Shown in pieces: positions 37,154 through 49,400 of a DNA stretch of 64,000 bases; position 1 is the stretch's first letter; each line of letters starts with the position of its first letter. The position numbers and the translations under genes were made by a program. Below the pieces are notes generated by a model. That model searched no databases, had not been told where the DNA came from, and saw only the letters and a program-made list of their open reading frames with translations. Origin of the DNA: Phoronis australis (lineage: Eukaryota; Animalia; Phoronida); contig NMRA01000090.1 of assembly GCA_002633005.1 (NCBI GenBank), forward strand, positions 360,752 through 424,751, read 5' to 3'.

Positions 37154-39701
37154 CTAAGTTCTACCTCACCATGAGTGCCACCATTACCTCCATTGAACGG
37201 GTCGAGAATCCTCATCTGTGGCGATGTTACACGTTGTGAGTCACAATGACAATTTTATGCTTTTTTGATGAGTGTGATAGAGTGAAATTAGACAAATTTT
37301 GTGTAGCTGACTGTCTGCACCATTCTTGGTGAAATATCCGGTTAGTAGTTTAATGAATAGAATGGATTCCCAATGGCATTCTACATCGAAACTTGCTCAG
37401 AGGAGTAGGAGACACTTTTGTGCAATGCTCGATTGTTTGCTCGATTGAAGCCAGGATTTGAACCTGGGTCTCCCAAACGCGAGTCCAGAGCTCAAACCGC
37501 TTAGCCACACATTCTAAGGAATATACTTCCATTTACTGGGAGCTATGGTATCTTTACATACAATCGTTTTAGCAGTGTGACATATGTGCAGTAAGTGCTT
37601 AAACAATGTGACATTGTGTCAGGCATTCTTCCTGTAGAGAGCCTCTGCAAATGCAGTAATTAACAATTAGTTGTTTTTATACATTTGTATATTAATGTTC
37701 CTATTCACAGACACAAAAATCTGATGCTGGAGAAGAATGGTCCCACAGGCTTGAACGAAAAACACCTGTTTCATGGCACCAGCTCACATCTGATCGACAT
37801 CATATGTGAACAGAACCTCGACTTCCGGTTGTCTGGAAATGCCAACGGAACTGTTTTTGGCCACGGTAAAATGCAATCTCGTGGGGGCGCTGTGCTACAT
37901 TATCGTTACTAGTAATAGAGTGGGTCTGATGCACTTTTCTACGCTTTGATGAACTTATTTTCGTGGTGTAGTTATTGCTTCCTTCAGCTCCTGTATAGCT
38001 ATCAGGGCTTGGAATTTTCCGCGGAAACACGGATTTCCGCTTTTTTCAAATGTTCTGTCCGCGCATTTTATAATATTTCCGCGTAAAAAAAAATCGGATT
38101 TGATATAAAATTTCTGCGACAAATTCCTTTCTTACCGCGGCGTTGCAGACAACGTTCACCTCGAAAAGCGGAAGTTGCTCTTTATGTTTCGGAGGAACGT
38201 AAATTGTCAACATTGCCGGGGCATCTGGGATAGCGTGGTGGGATTTTCAATGGCGTCTCGTGTTATTGTAAACCGGCGGCGATAAATACTACGGCTCTGC
38301 AGCCAAAAATGTGTGGGTTGGGAGTGGACGGCTGAGCTAAAAGGACGCAGACGCATGCTACTAATAGTGGTAACGTTTTTTTTTTTTTATAGTCCTCCCG
38401 ATTTTTCTCGGGGAAAGGTTCACACCGACCATTTCAAGGCTGGGTAGCGCGCATGATTTGGGCCGTAAAAGTTTCCGCGTTTTTTGTCATTGGTCATTCC
38501 AAGCCCTGAGCTATCAATGTTGGATTCTTAACCACAGAGCTTTGAGGTTTAAAGACGTGGCCTCGCTCATGTGATCTTGAGTTGTTGCCAGGTGAGCAGG
38601 CAACAGAGGTCACAGGAAATGTCTCCACGCTTCTTTTTTGAATTTACAATTTTGGGGTAGGCCAACGGCAATAAACTGTGGAACGTTTTCTTGAGTCACT
38701 AATGGTTTTGACGATCTTCTTGGTAATGGTAATGGAGTGATGTCACAATAAGGAATATTATGAGACTGATTTCATGTGGGGTGAAATGCCATTATATTTC
38801 CATTTTTAGCTTTATAGCTGAACAGGACGAAATACACCTTTAATTATAGCTCATCTGATGCAAGTTCAGTTGATGAAAGGGCTTTGCAATTTCAATGTTT
38901 AACATGTCACATTTTTGTACTTAAGGAACATATTAAGAAGTTTAATGAAAAATCTTTTCCTTTTTTAAATTCGTTTTTTGTAATTTCAAAAATCTGTTTT
39001 CTACCTGTATTCGACGCTGGCTGCATGCAAAGGTTTTGCTAAGACATGTGCACCCTTTCACTGGTGTTTTTGACGTGTGTATGAAAGTTAATACTTGAAG
39101 GGAATAAAGTTTTCTGTGCAATAGAATTTTTTCTAAAAATCCATGAATTGATAATAAAGTTTTTTGTTTGTATTTTTCTCCAAAATCTGATTTGAGAAGA
39201 GCTGACAACTTGTAATTGACTCTGTGTCATTTTAATATGTTTTGTAAGCATTGTAACATGTGGTGATATAAGTGTCAGGCCTCCTGCACTATTTTTTGTT
39301 TCACAGGTGAATTCTCTCCGCCAAAGCAAACATTATGGTGTTTGTATCCTTTGTTTGAATTGAAATTGGCTACAATGCCTGGAATTCACCCGACGACCAA
39401 ACTTTCTTGACGACTGAAATTAATATGCCGTGACAAGTAACTTAATGTGCCTGGTCTGAAACTATAACCAACTGTCGGTTCTTTCAAACCTTAAAAATTG
39501 TCCCTAATTCGAGGATTTTAAAGGATGAGACCGACTATAACAATAAGTCACCAACATCAAAATTTAGTCCTTGACAGAAAGCATATGTTTCTTGTGCTTT
39601 TAAAATTCTTTAGTCTTTAACTTTTCATTTTTCAGGGACCTACTTTGCCACCTCAGCGTCTACGTCTCATAGTTACAGCTCAAAAACCAGGGCTGGAAGT
39701 G
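37154..39701 (+). CDS. Partial mono-ADP-ribosyltransferase (PARP7/11/12/14-like) catalytic domain; 5' end lost at a gap, 3' end not found
   Basis: Phase-consistent exons 37154-37235 (IERVENPHLW), 37711-37865 (NEKHLFHGT..ICEQNLDFR..GTVFGHG) and 39636-39701 (GTYFA..SHSYS). A possible further exon starts at ~41031 (..IIMFIA). Confidence 0.85.
37440..37515 (-). repeat. tRNA-derived SINE-like fragment
   Basis: Minus strand has TGGCTAAGCGG (A box) and GGTTCAAATCC (B box). Confidence 0.5.
38003..38508. mobile_element. hAT-like MITE, copy 2
   Basis: Same TIRs as 8725-9235; 6-bp TSD AGCTAT. Confidence 0.9.
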
Positions 39702-41254
39702 GTTAGTATATAGATGTTGATCTAGTTATGTGTTTGTTGGTTCAGTCGTACAGAGGTCAAAAGGCCAAAGGTCAAGCTTTTTATAGTATCCTTGGCATTA
39801 CTTGCAAACCAGTTGCGACTTATTTTTGTGTGCTGTTACTCAAGCGAAATATCTTTTTAGGCACCAATTTTGCTGTTTTAAAGATATTCTCACCAGTTAA
39901 TTTTAGTAATACAAACTTCAGGCAACCTATTCTCAAATGGCGATCTTTCCATAACAAGTTTTGGTCGTGATAGACCGGCCCAAAAATCCTCCCCTCATTT
40001 TTGGGTCGGTCGAAATTCCTGAGTCAACCACATGCCTTTATTTGGCCGGTAACATGAGATTTCACGCTAATACACATTATCAGCTGATGGCGTTAAGATA
40101 AGAGTTGCGAAACAACATGTCTGTTTTCACTTTTTCGCTCTTCTGATGGATTTAAACTAATAGAAAATTCGAAATCTTCATAAAATTTTGACATGCTCTC
40201 TCTGTCAGTAAATATCGGTGAAGCTTTAGCTGTCGGTCGCTTCGGTCAGATCAGCCGAGTTTGAAGTAACTTTTAGTATTACTGCGCGGTAAGCGGTTTC
40301 CTTTGTTTTGAATTATATATCCATTAAGTGTTTAATGTACGCTTATAATTTCTAAGTAAATACACAGAAATTAGTGTGAAATATCAGTAAACCTGAGTTA
40401 AAATTCATGAGAAAGTAAATTTCACGAATTTATGAATCCGCAACAGTCTTAATTTGCGCAGTGCCACAGTATTCTAAGTAATCGGTTCTAGTGGGTGTCG
40501 TGAGCACGTGTGTGAACTGTAAAGTTTTGTCTTTTTTGCCGTTTCAAAAGGAGAGCGACGGGTGACCGTGTTCAAGCACATAGATTTCTGTAATGACGCT
40601 AATTTCAAAAGTTAATGATTTTTGTCGGAAGTCATGGGGGGAAAATCCGGAAGGAAGTTGGACGGAAAATGACACTTAAATTGTTGAAAATTACCATCTA
40701 TTTTCCACAAGAATTATCGAGAACTTTTTAAGACCACCACATTACAAGCAACGCTGAACGGCAGTTCCACCACGACATAGGTATTTGGTGGTTATACCAT
40801 CCACTAACAAGCAGTGTCACAAGTTCTGTATCCGTGTTCGTTAAAAACAAATTTTAGAAAGAGTATATTGAAGCGATCAAACGTTATAAATGACAGGTAC
40901 GTTATAATGTGACTCAGTTGCACTTTTCCTGTACCTTCTAATTGTTTGTATGTTGGGTTAACTAAACACACTTGTCGAAAAAGTGCTGTTCTGTATAAAC
41001 TTAATGCTGCCGTTGTGTTGACGTTCAAAGCATCTCATCATTCACTTAAAGGTAGTTCCATTGCCAGACCAGGCGTAATCATCATGTTTATTGCCCCCAC
41101 AGCCGAGTGGGTAATGAACTATTGAAATCGCTGATAAAAGTGTGTCAAGTTTATAGTCCCTGTAACCCCCCCAAGATTCTATCATGATCATTTCACCTTA
41201 TGCAACAAGAATTTTTTTCAGAAGACTTTTAGATATAGAATTTTGAAGCTTAAT

Positions 41255-41925
41255 TTTTATGCGCCCACATATGTATATGTGGACGCATTATGCCGTCATC
41301 TCTGTCCGTCCGTCCGTCCAGGCGGCGTCCGGCGTCCGCTGCTCTATCTACAAAACCCTTTGACATACGTTCATGAAATTTGGCACATATGTTCCATTCA
41401 TGAATGGGACGGCATGTGCGAACTTTNCAGTGAAATGCTGACCTCTTTTTATGCGCCAACATATTTATAAGTGGACGCATTATGCCCCGTCATCTCCGTC
41501 CCACTGGGCGGCGTCTGGGCTGCGTCCGCTGCTCTATCTACAAAACCCTTTGACATACGTTCATGAAATTTGGGACATATGTTCCATTCATGAATGGGAC
41601 GGCATGACTGAACTTTCGGACGGAGTCGACCACCGGTGTGTCCCCTAGTGGCAATTTAATTTTTTACGTTTACCTTTGTATCTTCAAAAGTCTTTAACGG
41701 ATTTTCATGAAATTTAATATGTAGGCACCTATTAGTGAGATGACGCTATACTCCCGTTTTCAGATGGATTCGACATAGTTTGCGACACCCAATGGTCACT
41801 TTTACTGTTTTTGAGTCTGTTTTTTTTTTGGCGTCCACCCCTCTATCAACCAAACTGCTCTAAGTATGATTGTGAAAATTGGCATGTATGTTCTTACTGT
41901 GAAGAGGACGGTTGACGAGATAAAT
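41255..41925 (+). mobile_element. Helentron-associated non-autonomous element (DINE-1/HINE-like); 5' part duplicated across the N at 41427
   Basis: Starts in a T run (TTTTTATGCGCCCAC..GTGGACGCAT hairpin), then a (CCGT)n microsatellite and TTCATGAAATTTGG core, then ~150-bp CTCF-motif units. Confidence 0.7.
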
Positions 41926-42209
41926 TGCCGAAAAATTATTTCGAGTTCGTTTCGAGTACAAAAAATTAGATCAGTTCCGGGCCCTGGAGGACCCGTGGTT
42001 GTTTGTAAATTAGTCCTCAATTTGCAATTTAAAAAGATTANTGAAGAGGACGGTTGACGAGATAAATTGCCAAAAAATTATTTCGAGTTCGTTTCGAGTA
42101 CAAAAGATTAGATCAGTTCAAAGAATGTTGTGCTGCATTGCCGCCGAGTATGAATAGGTAGAACCTAATGGACTAATTTGTAAGCTCTGTGCTGAGCGCT
42201 TTTCGTTTT

Positions 42210-42730
42210 AATTTTGAAGACTTGCAACGTTTTCCACTTCGAAACTCGACCTAATTTGAAGTTAGGAACACCAGTTCTGGAAAACGGATAAGTGAATTTC
42301 TTTGAAACTTTCCATTTTAGGATTTATTAATCAACCTCAAAAATGCTGTCAGAATTTTCCTTTTCAATGCCTAGTTTTTTGTACCGTAAGGTAGATTGTA
42401 AGAGAACTGTTTATTTTTTACAAAAATGTATTTTTGCGAGTCAATTACTAAATGAGTAAACAAAATTCCTAACAGCATCTTTGAAGTTTTCGTTTTAAAA
42501 AGGTTTCATAAAAATCGACCAAGGAATTATATTGCTATGGATGTGCGTTTCTTAAAAATGATATTTTGACTTAAAAAAAGGTGTTAACACAATGACAATA
42601 ATGGCACATCAATATAAAACATTTTATAATCTCCGATCTTTATAATTCAGAAAATACGTACTTTTACTGCTTGACCGTTTTTTGACATAGAGTCAAAATG
42701 AAGGTCGCTAAATAAGGTTTGAGACACCAC
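42210..42730. repeat. Dispersed non-autonomous DNA-transposon fragment; diverged relative at ~48100-48630, which ends CC-TTAA
   Basis: Collinear shared blocks (CCTAGTTTTT, TTTTGCGAGT, AAGGTTTCAT, TTGCTATG, CTAAATAAGGTTT). Confidence 0.6.
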
Positions 42731-43308
42731 TAGTTCCGTATCAAGCTACTGTGTACCACTATGCAAGCCCAATTCGAAACATTGTGCTGGTGTATTCTTG
42801 CATCTGCTTTTGAAAGGTTGGTTAACCTCAATTAAGTCTAAAGCATTTTCTTGAATACTGGTCTCAATAGTGTTAAACAGGGTTTAGTCCAGTTTTAGAA
42901 AAAAGTAGCCAATAATACTTACAAATGTTTTGTTTACAGCTGTTGTGGCATGTGTGCGTGTCATATTTTATTCTTTTATAACTTGTCACTTTGAACATAT
43001 GCTTTGTGCAAGAGAATGAGTTACCCATATATTCACATTTTGATGTTGATGTGATGCAATCACATCAGGCAGAAAAATATAAATCGGTTCATGTTAGTTG
43101 AGGTTAGTGTTAACATATAAGTAAGACTCTGACACACCACAACACAGAAATGCCAGAGTAAGAATTTATTATTTCCACAATTCATAAATGCCATGAACTA
43201 TACACCAATTGTGGAATAATATGAACTTGGGTATTTTGATGTAAAACGGTGAATATTAACTACTGTACATACTACTGAAAACAAACTGCCATTGACCAAA
43301 CTCCATGA

Positions 43309-44585
43309 TTACCTCTTTGCCATATGTTGGACCAAAGTTTGCTTCATGGAACTAGCAAGTTTTTCCATTTCTGCTATTTTACCTCTCAACATTTCATTTT
43401 GTTTAGCCAAAGTCGCAGCTGTCTCATCCATCATTGCAAATTTCTGCTTCCTCGTTTCCCTTGATCTTTTAGAGGCTACATTGTTCTTCATTCTCCTCTC
43501 TGCGTATTTCTCCTGCCACTGTTGTTCCTTACCAGCCTGTTCACAGTCAGACCTACATCTCTTAGGTAAATAACTATGGTCAAGATCAGAGGAAGACAAT
43601 GATCTCTTTGCTTCAGTTTTTGTAGTGGTTGTCACAGAAACATCTGCCCTTATTGATTGATCCAAGGACTGGCTCTTAGATTCAAGCAGTGACGTGCCAC
43701 TAGTTGTCTCAACTGTGGCATTCTGAAATGAATAGGCCATGACCATGATTCTCTCTGTTCTGTTCTGGTAAGCAACAAGGCTAGTCCTTCCTTACAACCA
43801 GGTTTTACACACAATATTGCTTTCCTCAATGTTTAGTTTCAGAACATGTGCTAGCATTCAAAACTAAATTCCAAATACAAATAACTGTTCATGGAATGCA
43901 TATTCATCACTCTCTGTTATGATGGGCCATTTATGCCATAATGGTCACAGTCACAATAGCTGTGCTCACACTTGACTATTAAAACACTGTTTCAACTGTG
44001 GTTCCTAATCGCATCAAGCTAACACAAAAATGAAACCCTGGAGTATAGCCATCATAACCAGAACTAATTCATAGGAGACTGCAACTGCTTTCATTCACAC
44101 TCACTGAACATACTTTAGAAGTGATGGCAAACACAAAAGTACATGAGCTGTTCAGTGTAGACTGATCAATGACATTGAAATGAAAAATTGTGAAAATAAA
44201 ATTTAACTTATGTTCAAGAAATTAGCACAAAGTTTGTATCACTGCAACATTACCAGAGAAAACACAAAATTTACTAGAAGTCTCAGTTTAGTAATTTTAT
44301 AATAATTAAATGTTTTCAACCATAAAGTCTCTTGACTCCATATATCACAAACATCAATGCGACTTAAGCTATTACAAACCTCAGTAAGAAATTGTGACAA
44401 ATCTGTAAATATGTCCATGCCAAAGCCATCCTCCAGATTACAAAATGAATCTTCTATGGTCCAGCTGTCATCAGCTGAGGTTACTTGATCGTATAACTTT
44501 CCTTCAAGTACCGATGTAAGCAATTCTTGTGGAGATTCGATGTCCAGGCAATCACTGCTACTTGGGCATAGCAGAGCCACATCAT
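43309..44585 (-). CDS. bZIP transcription factor of the PAR/NFIL3/C-EBP type; last two coding exons, start exon not resolved
   Basis: Exons 44585-44380 (acidic region) and 43764-43309, in phase. Basic region YAERRMKNNVASKRSRETRKQK followed by a Leu/Met heptad zipper. Confidence 0.85.
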
Positions 44586-45543
44586 CTGAAAACACAAGTT
44601 AATTGCAAAGTATGAGTTGACAATAGGAAAATACCAGCTTTTATGTATGTTTATCAGATTTGATTCCTCCCAAATGTAAATTCATCAACAACAAATACAA
44701 ATTAATGATAGACACATTTGTCAACACACACAGCTTTATAAACAGCTGAAAACTGAGATTAAATGTTAACAAAATTAAAAGTGACAAATTCATGTTTGAA
44801 TGTGTAAATCCTTTGTTAAGTTTAACTTTTCCATCGAGAAACTCTTAACACAAAGACTCAGCTCTATAAACCCTGGCATTCACATGTATCTAACTGAACA
44901 CTATAGCACGTGCACACTAGTAAAATAGTGCCCTCAGTTTCAGGCGGTGGTGCAACACTTGATGACGCAATCTTGGCTTTCCTAGCCAAGATGACCTAAT
45001 TCCAATTATATCGAGGAACTACCAATGAACTTGCCGGGGCAAGAATCGCTTCCCTGTCATTTCCCTGATAAATACCTCTGTCAAATAGGCCACTTGGCTT
45101 TTGCATTCCACGTAGGACACTGCAGGGATACGTTAATTGCAAATTGTAGGTCATCTCCAACGACCGATTTCTCCGTTTCTTGTCTTGAGTGGATTATAGC
45201 AACACTTGCTCCTTCAGACATGACTTTCGAGAATCTACACTTTCAATAAAAGGTCCTTTTCCTAAATAACACAAATAATACTTTGTGAGAACAGGTGAAA
45301 TTGAGGAGAACAATATTCTGAACCTTATTTTCAGAGACTGGATCCACTCCAGTGCATACAATATGGTGGCCCCGCAATGACAAGCGTCAAGTGGGGATGA
45401 AACAAGTTACAAGGGTTGGTTCCTAACAATTTAGAAGAACATTTTATCAATTCTGTTCTCTTGGAATAACTGCGCATCACAAAAATAGATAACATCAGCA
45501 AAATTCTAAAACACATCACAAGCAACAGAACCCACCCACTTAC

Positions 45544-45685
45544 CTGGACGAACTGATATCGAACAGCGCTCGTGCGCAGCCGCGCAGTATTTATATCTGT
45601 TGTATTGTTGCTAAATTTAGTATATTACTCTGCCAGGCGATGTTCTTTAAATAGACTATACGTCAGCTACAGCCAATCAAATATC
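45544..45685 (-). promoter_or_regulatory. Probable core promoter and short first non-coding exon of the bZIP gene
   Basis: On -: TATAAATA (45588-45595), Inr-like TCAGTT (45551-45556) and a strong donor CAG|GTAAGT at 45544. CCAAT box at ~45674. Confidence 0.5.
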
Positions 45686-46480
45686 GCCATAGTTTTCGCT
45701 AAGTTAAATTGGTTTTTATAATCAATACTGTTTTTCCCAAAACTCTGAAGAGACGCGCAATGTGCAGCACATTTTGCTTTTTTTGGTATAAACATTTGTT
45801 TATCAATCTCTTATTATTAAAATGTTAAAAAAATTGGGAGGATAAATAGTACATAGAATAGCCGTATTTCTGAAGATTTTTATCAGTTTTAACACCAACT
45901 GATTTGTGACTTTTCACTGCATATTTTATAGTCATACGGATGAGCGTGTGATCTTAGCACAGTTCTCCTAAAAATGAAAGAAATGAAGTTCTCAAATAAC
46001 ATCCACATGTTCCTCTTGCTGCAAACTGCTGACTGGAATGTCAACGCAAGCACTGAGAATAGTCTTGGCCAATGGGGTCAAAGAACACTTTTGCGTTATT
46101 GACCTTGTTTTCATATTATATCCGGGCATGTTTTGTTTAGTTGTTCAGGTCAGCCATCTTGATGTTCGTGGGGAGAAAACCGTGATTTACTTTTCATCGT
46201 TGTTGTCATTTCGAACATTTATTCGGACAGTCATAGAAATGCTCGAATTAGAGAGACATTGTCCACAGAAATGTTTAGTCATAAGAAGAATAAAAGTGGT
46301 TTCAAGTCCTTAGAGATTTAACCCACGCGCTGTAGTGAACGTGTAGGCCTACGACGAGTTGGTGATGAAAAGCGCAGTGAACAAACCAGTAAAAAGTTGA
46401 GGATCACAAGAGACTGAGACAGAGCAAGTTATACTGCTCCTTTTAATCGCGCTACCAACTGGACAGATTCAACCATCAGC

Positions 46481-49400
46481 ATGACACGTGTGACAGATAT
46501 AATAGTTGTTCTCTCAGTTTGTGTTATCGGTGAGTGAAGCCTTGTCATAATGTCATAGGCCTACTTCGCCTACTACTACTACTAGTCATTCTGCTCGCTT
46601 CGGTTCTAGTAAACAGTGCGCTCGCTGCCTTGTCGTCGCTTGTCAGCCCTGTGGAGATGATGTCGATGGGCATGCCATATAGAACGTCTGGATAATCACC
46701 GTGTGTGTCCCTCTCTTGATTTCAGAACTAGAGACTATTATACTATAATAGTATTTTAGTTCAATGTATTTTATGTGGTTGTTTTACATCTTTTTAATCA
46801 AACCAAAGTTTGATGTACATTATTAGCATAGGCTTAACTAAAGACTAAAGTACTGAAGATTTTGGAGCAAAGGCAAATTGCTGATTGAGCTTCTACCTTA
46901 ATTTGGAATCAGTTGCAGAATAAAAGTAAAGCTGAACAGGGATGTACCTTAACCAAACTGACTAGTCGTCAACTGGGACTAGACATTGATTACTGCCAGT
47001 AGAGATGGTGGAGCTCCATAGGCGCTTCAGGGGGTATGACGCCATACCACATGCCGCGCACAGTGTTAAAAATGGCGAGTTACCGATTGGGAACTGAAAG
47101 AGGGACTGCTCGAAGAAAAAAGTTTGATAACGGGAGTGTTTGTTCGAGTTGAAGGGAATTAAATAGGCCTAAATCGACGGCCTCCTATGTTGTCCCTCTA
47201 TGCGCAAAAGGTATTTATTACAACATGACTTTTATGTTTTAATCAGTGCGAGGCATAAATCGATGAAAAGCTTTCAGCGTATGAAGCGCCTATAGGAGCT
47301 CCACCGTCTCTACTGGCACCTCTATATATTTCACGTATGTCTCTGTATCTTCATTCTCGGGGAACTTCAAATTCAAAATATATGCCACATGCCAGAAAAA
47401 AAGATTTAGCAGAACCACTGTGGAACCGCTTAACCACATGGAAATGTGTTTACTACTTGTTCGAGGTCAAGGTTATGAGGCTCTCAATCAAATCGAATCC
47501 CCTGTCAGCCACAGAGCAGCTTCGTATGAACCCTATGTACATATGATAAAAAGATTCCATTGAAAATGAAGACAAAGCGTAGTTTTGATCCTGAGAAAGT
47601 TCTGTGTCTGCATGCTTATAGCAGTTGAGAACGAATGCTACAAGTCGCCTCATGCCTCTGTGACTGTGTTCACGAACACAACAAGTTGTGAAAAGAAATA
47701 AATCCTCACTGAAATTCCTTAATTCGCTGTTTCGATCTCGTGTTCACAACGTACTTCAACCACTGACCCAACTTCTGCATGCGTTTCGCATTTGGGTTTC
47801 ATATCAGTCTTCCAGCACATGGTGTGCCTGACGAACTGTTAACCTACTTCAAAGTGGACCTCAATGCACCAGCTTGACCCACTTGATATTTTGGCTCTGC
47901 CCGTGACCCAGTTGGACGCGATGCATTGGAAATCGGTTGAAATGTTTTGATGATGATTAACTTAATTACGCACTGCAAATTCAGATGGCATTTGGCGTGA
48001 ATGTTGAAATGATAACATAGCTATGTAGTATGTAAGTTATATTGACCAAAAACAAGTTTTCACAGAATAATTAACCGAAGACCTTGATACTTTACTCCTC
48101 CCCGGCTTTTTCTCGGCAAATTTACTTAATTTGAACTTACGAACACAAGTTTTCGAAAACGGCTTGGTGCATTTCGCTGAAACATTACAAACTTAATGTT
48201 TATTCATCAATCTCAAAAACCTTGTTAGGATTTTTGATATAAAGGCCTAGTTTTTGCTTAATATAACAAAGACGAATAGGACTGGTATTTTTTCACAAAA
48301 CTACCTTACATTTTGCGAGTTGTCCTAGAAACCAAACGATAAGACTAATCTGAAATTCATAACAGCGTTTTTGAGGTAACTGGTGAAGTTTTCATTTCAA
48401 TAAGGTTTCATTAAAATTGATCGGGGGTTATTTTGCTATGAATGTATCTTAAATATGAAATTTTGGCTTTAAAAAGATCTTACGGTAATAATGATAATGG
48501 TACATAACTATAAAACCTATTTTCCTATTCCCTGATCTTTTTTCTTTTAAAGAATACTTTTACTAGTTGACAAAGCCCATGTTTGATTGATAGAATGGAA
48601 GCCACTAAATAAGGTTTAAGATAACCTTAAATACCACAATAATGAGCTTCGATTCATTAATTACTGGTTAATTTTCCTTGAAATTGGCATGCTGCATGAC
48701 AAGTCATCTTCAGACATTTGCATTCAATTTACTTTCAGGCACAATGACCGAGATATCTAACAGTATTGATGAATCATCAAAGACAAAAAGAACTTTGACC
48801 TGTGATGCTTATGATCGTAAAATGTGTCTCAAAACTGGTAACAAATGTGGCGGAACAATGGAGTGCCAACACTACTGTTACTCCAGCTGGTCATTCACAG
48901 CCAATGGCAGTGTACAATTGCATCTTAAAGGATGTTGGATGACTAAAGGCGAATGTCAGAACAGAGAGTGTGTAGATGTCACAACTACCCGTGACTTGAA
49001 TGTTATGTTCTGCTGCTGTACTGGTCACAGGTGTAACTCCAACTTCACCTACTCACCTCTACCTACTACAACTACTTTTCAACTCACTGCCAACTGTAAG
49101 TATGTTGGAACACCATTCAAACTCAAACCAAACACTTTGCACTCACGTTGTAGGGCATCACTAGAACAGGTTGTGCCAGTTTTAAATCTACCCCACGGTC
49201 CCACCTCCTGAGTCGAGGGTACGTGACTTTGTCAGTATTTTTGAAGAAGAACATTTCCAGATATATGTAGAGAACAGATTGATTGATTTCTTATGAAAGT
49301 TGAGTCCAAAGTATGTGATATCAGTACACTGGCACCATTACACTTTTGAGCGAATTCGACCACTGCAGTACTTTCTAGTGGCCATTTTGCTCCCAATAAG

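Noticed and set aside
41255-41620. Tandem duplication of the HINE 5' end (likewise 42042-42118)
   Set aside because: The breakpoints coincide with Ns (41427, 42041), so the tandem arrangement cannot be trusted.
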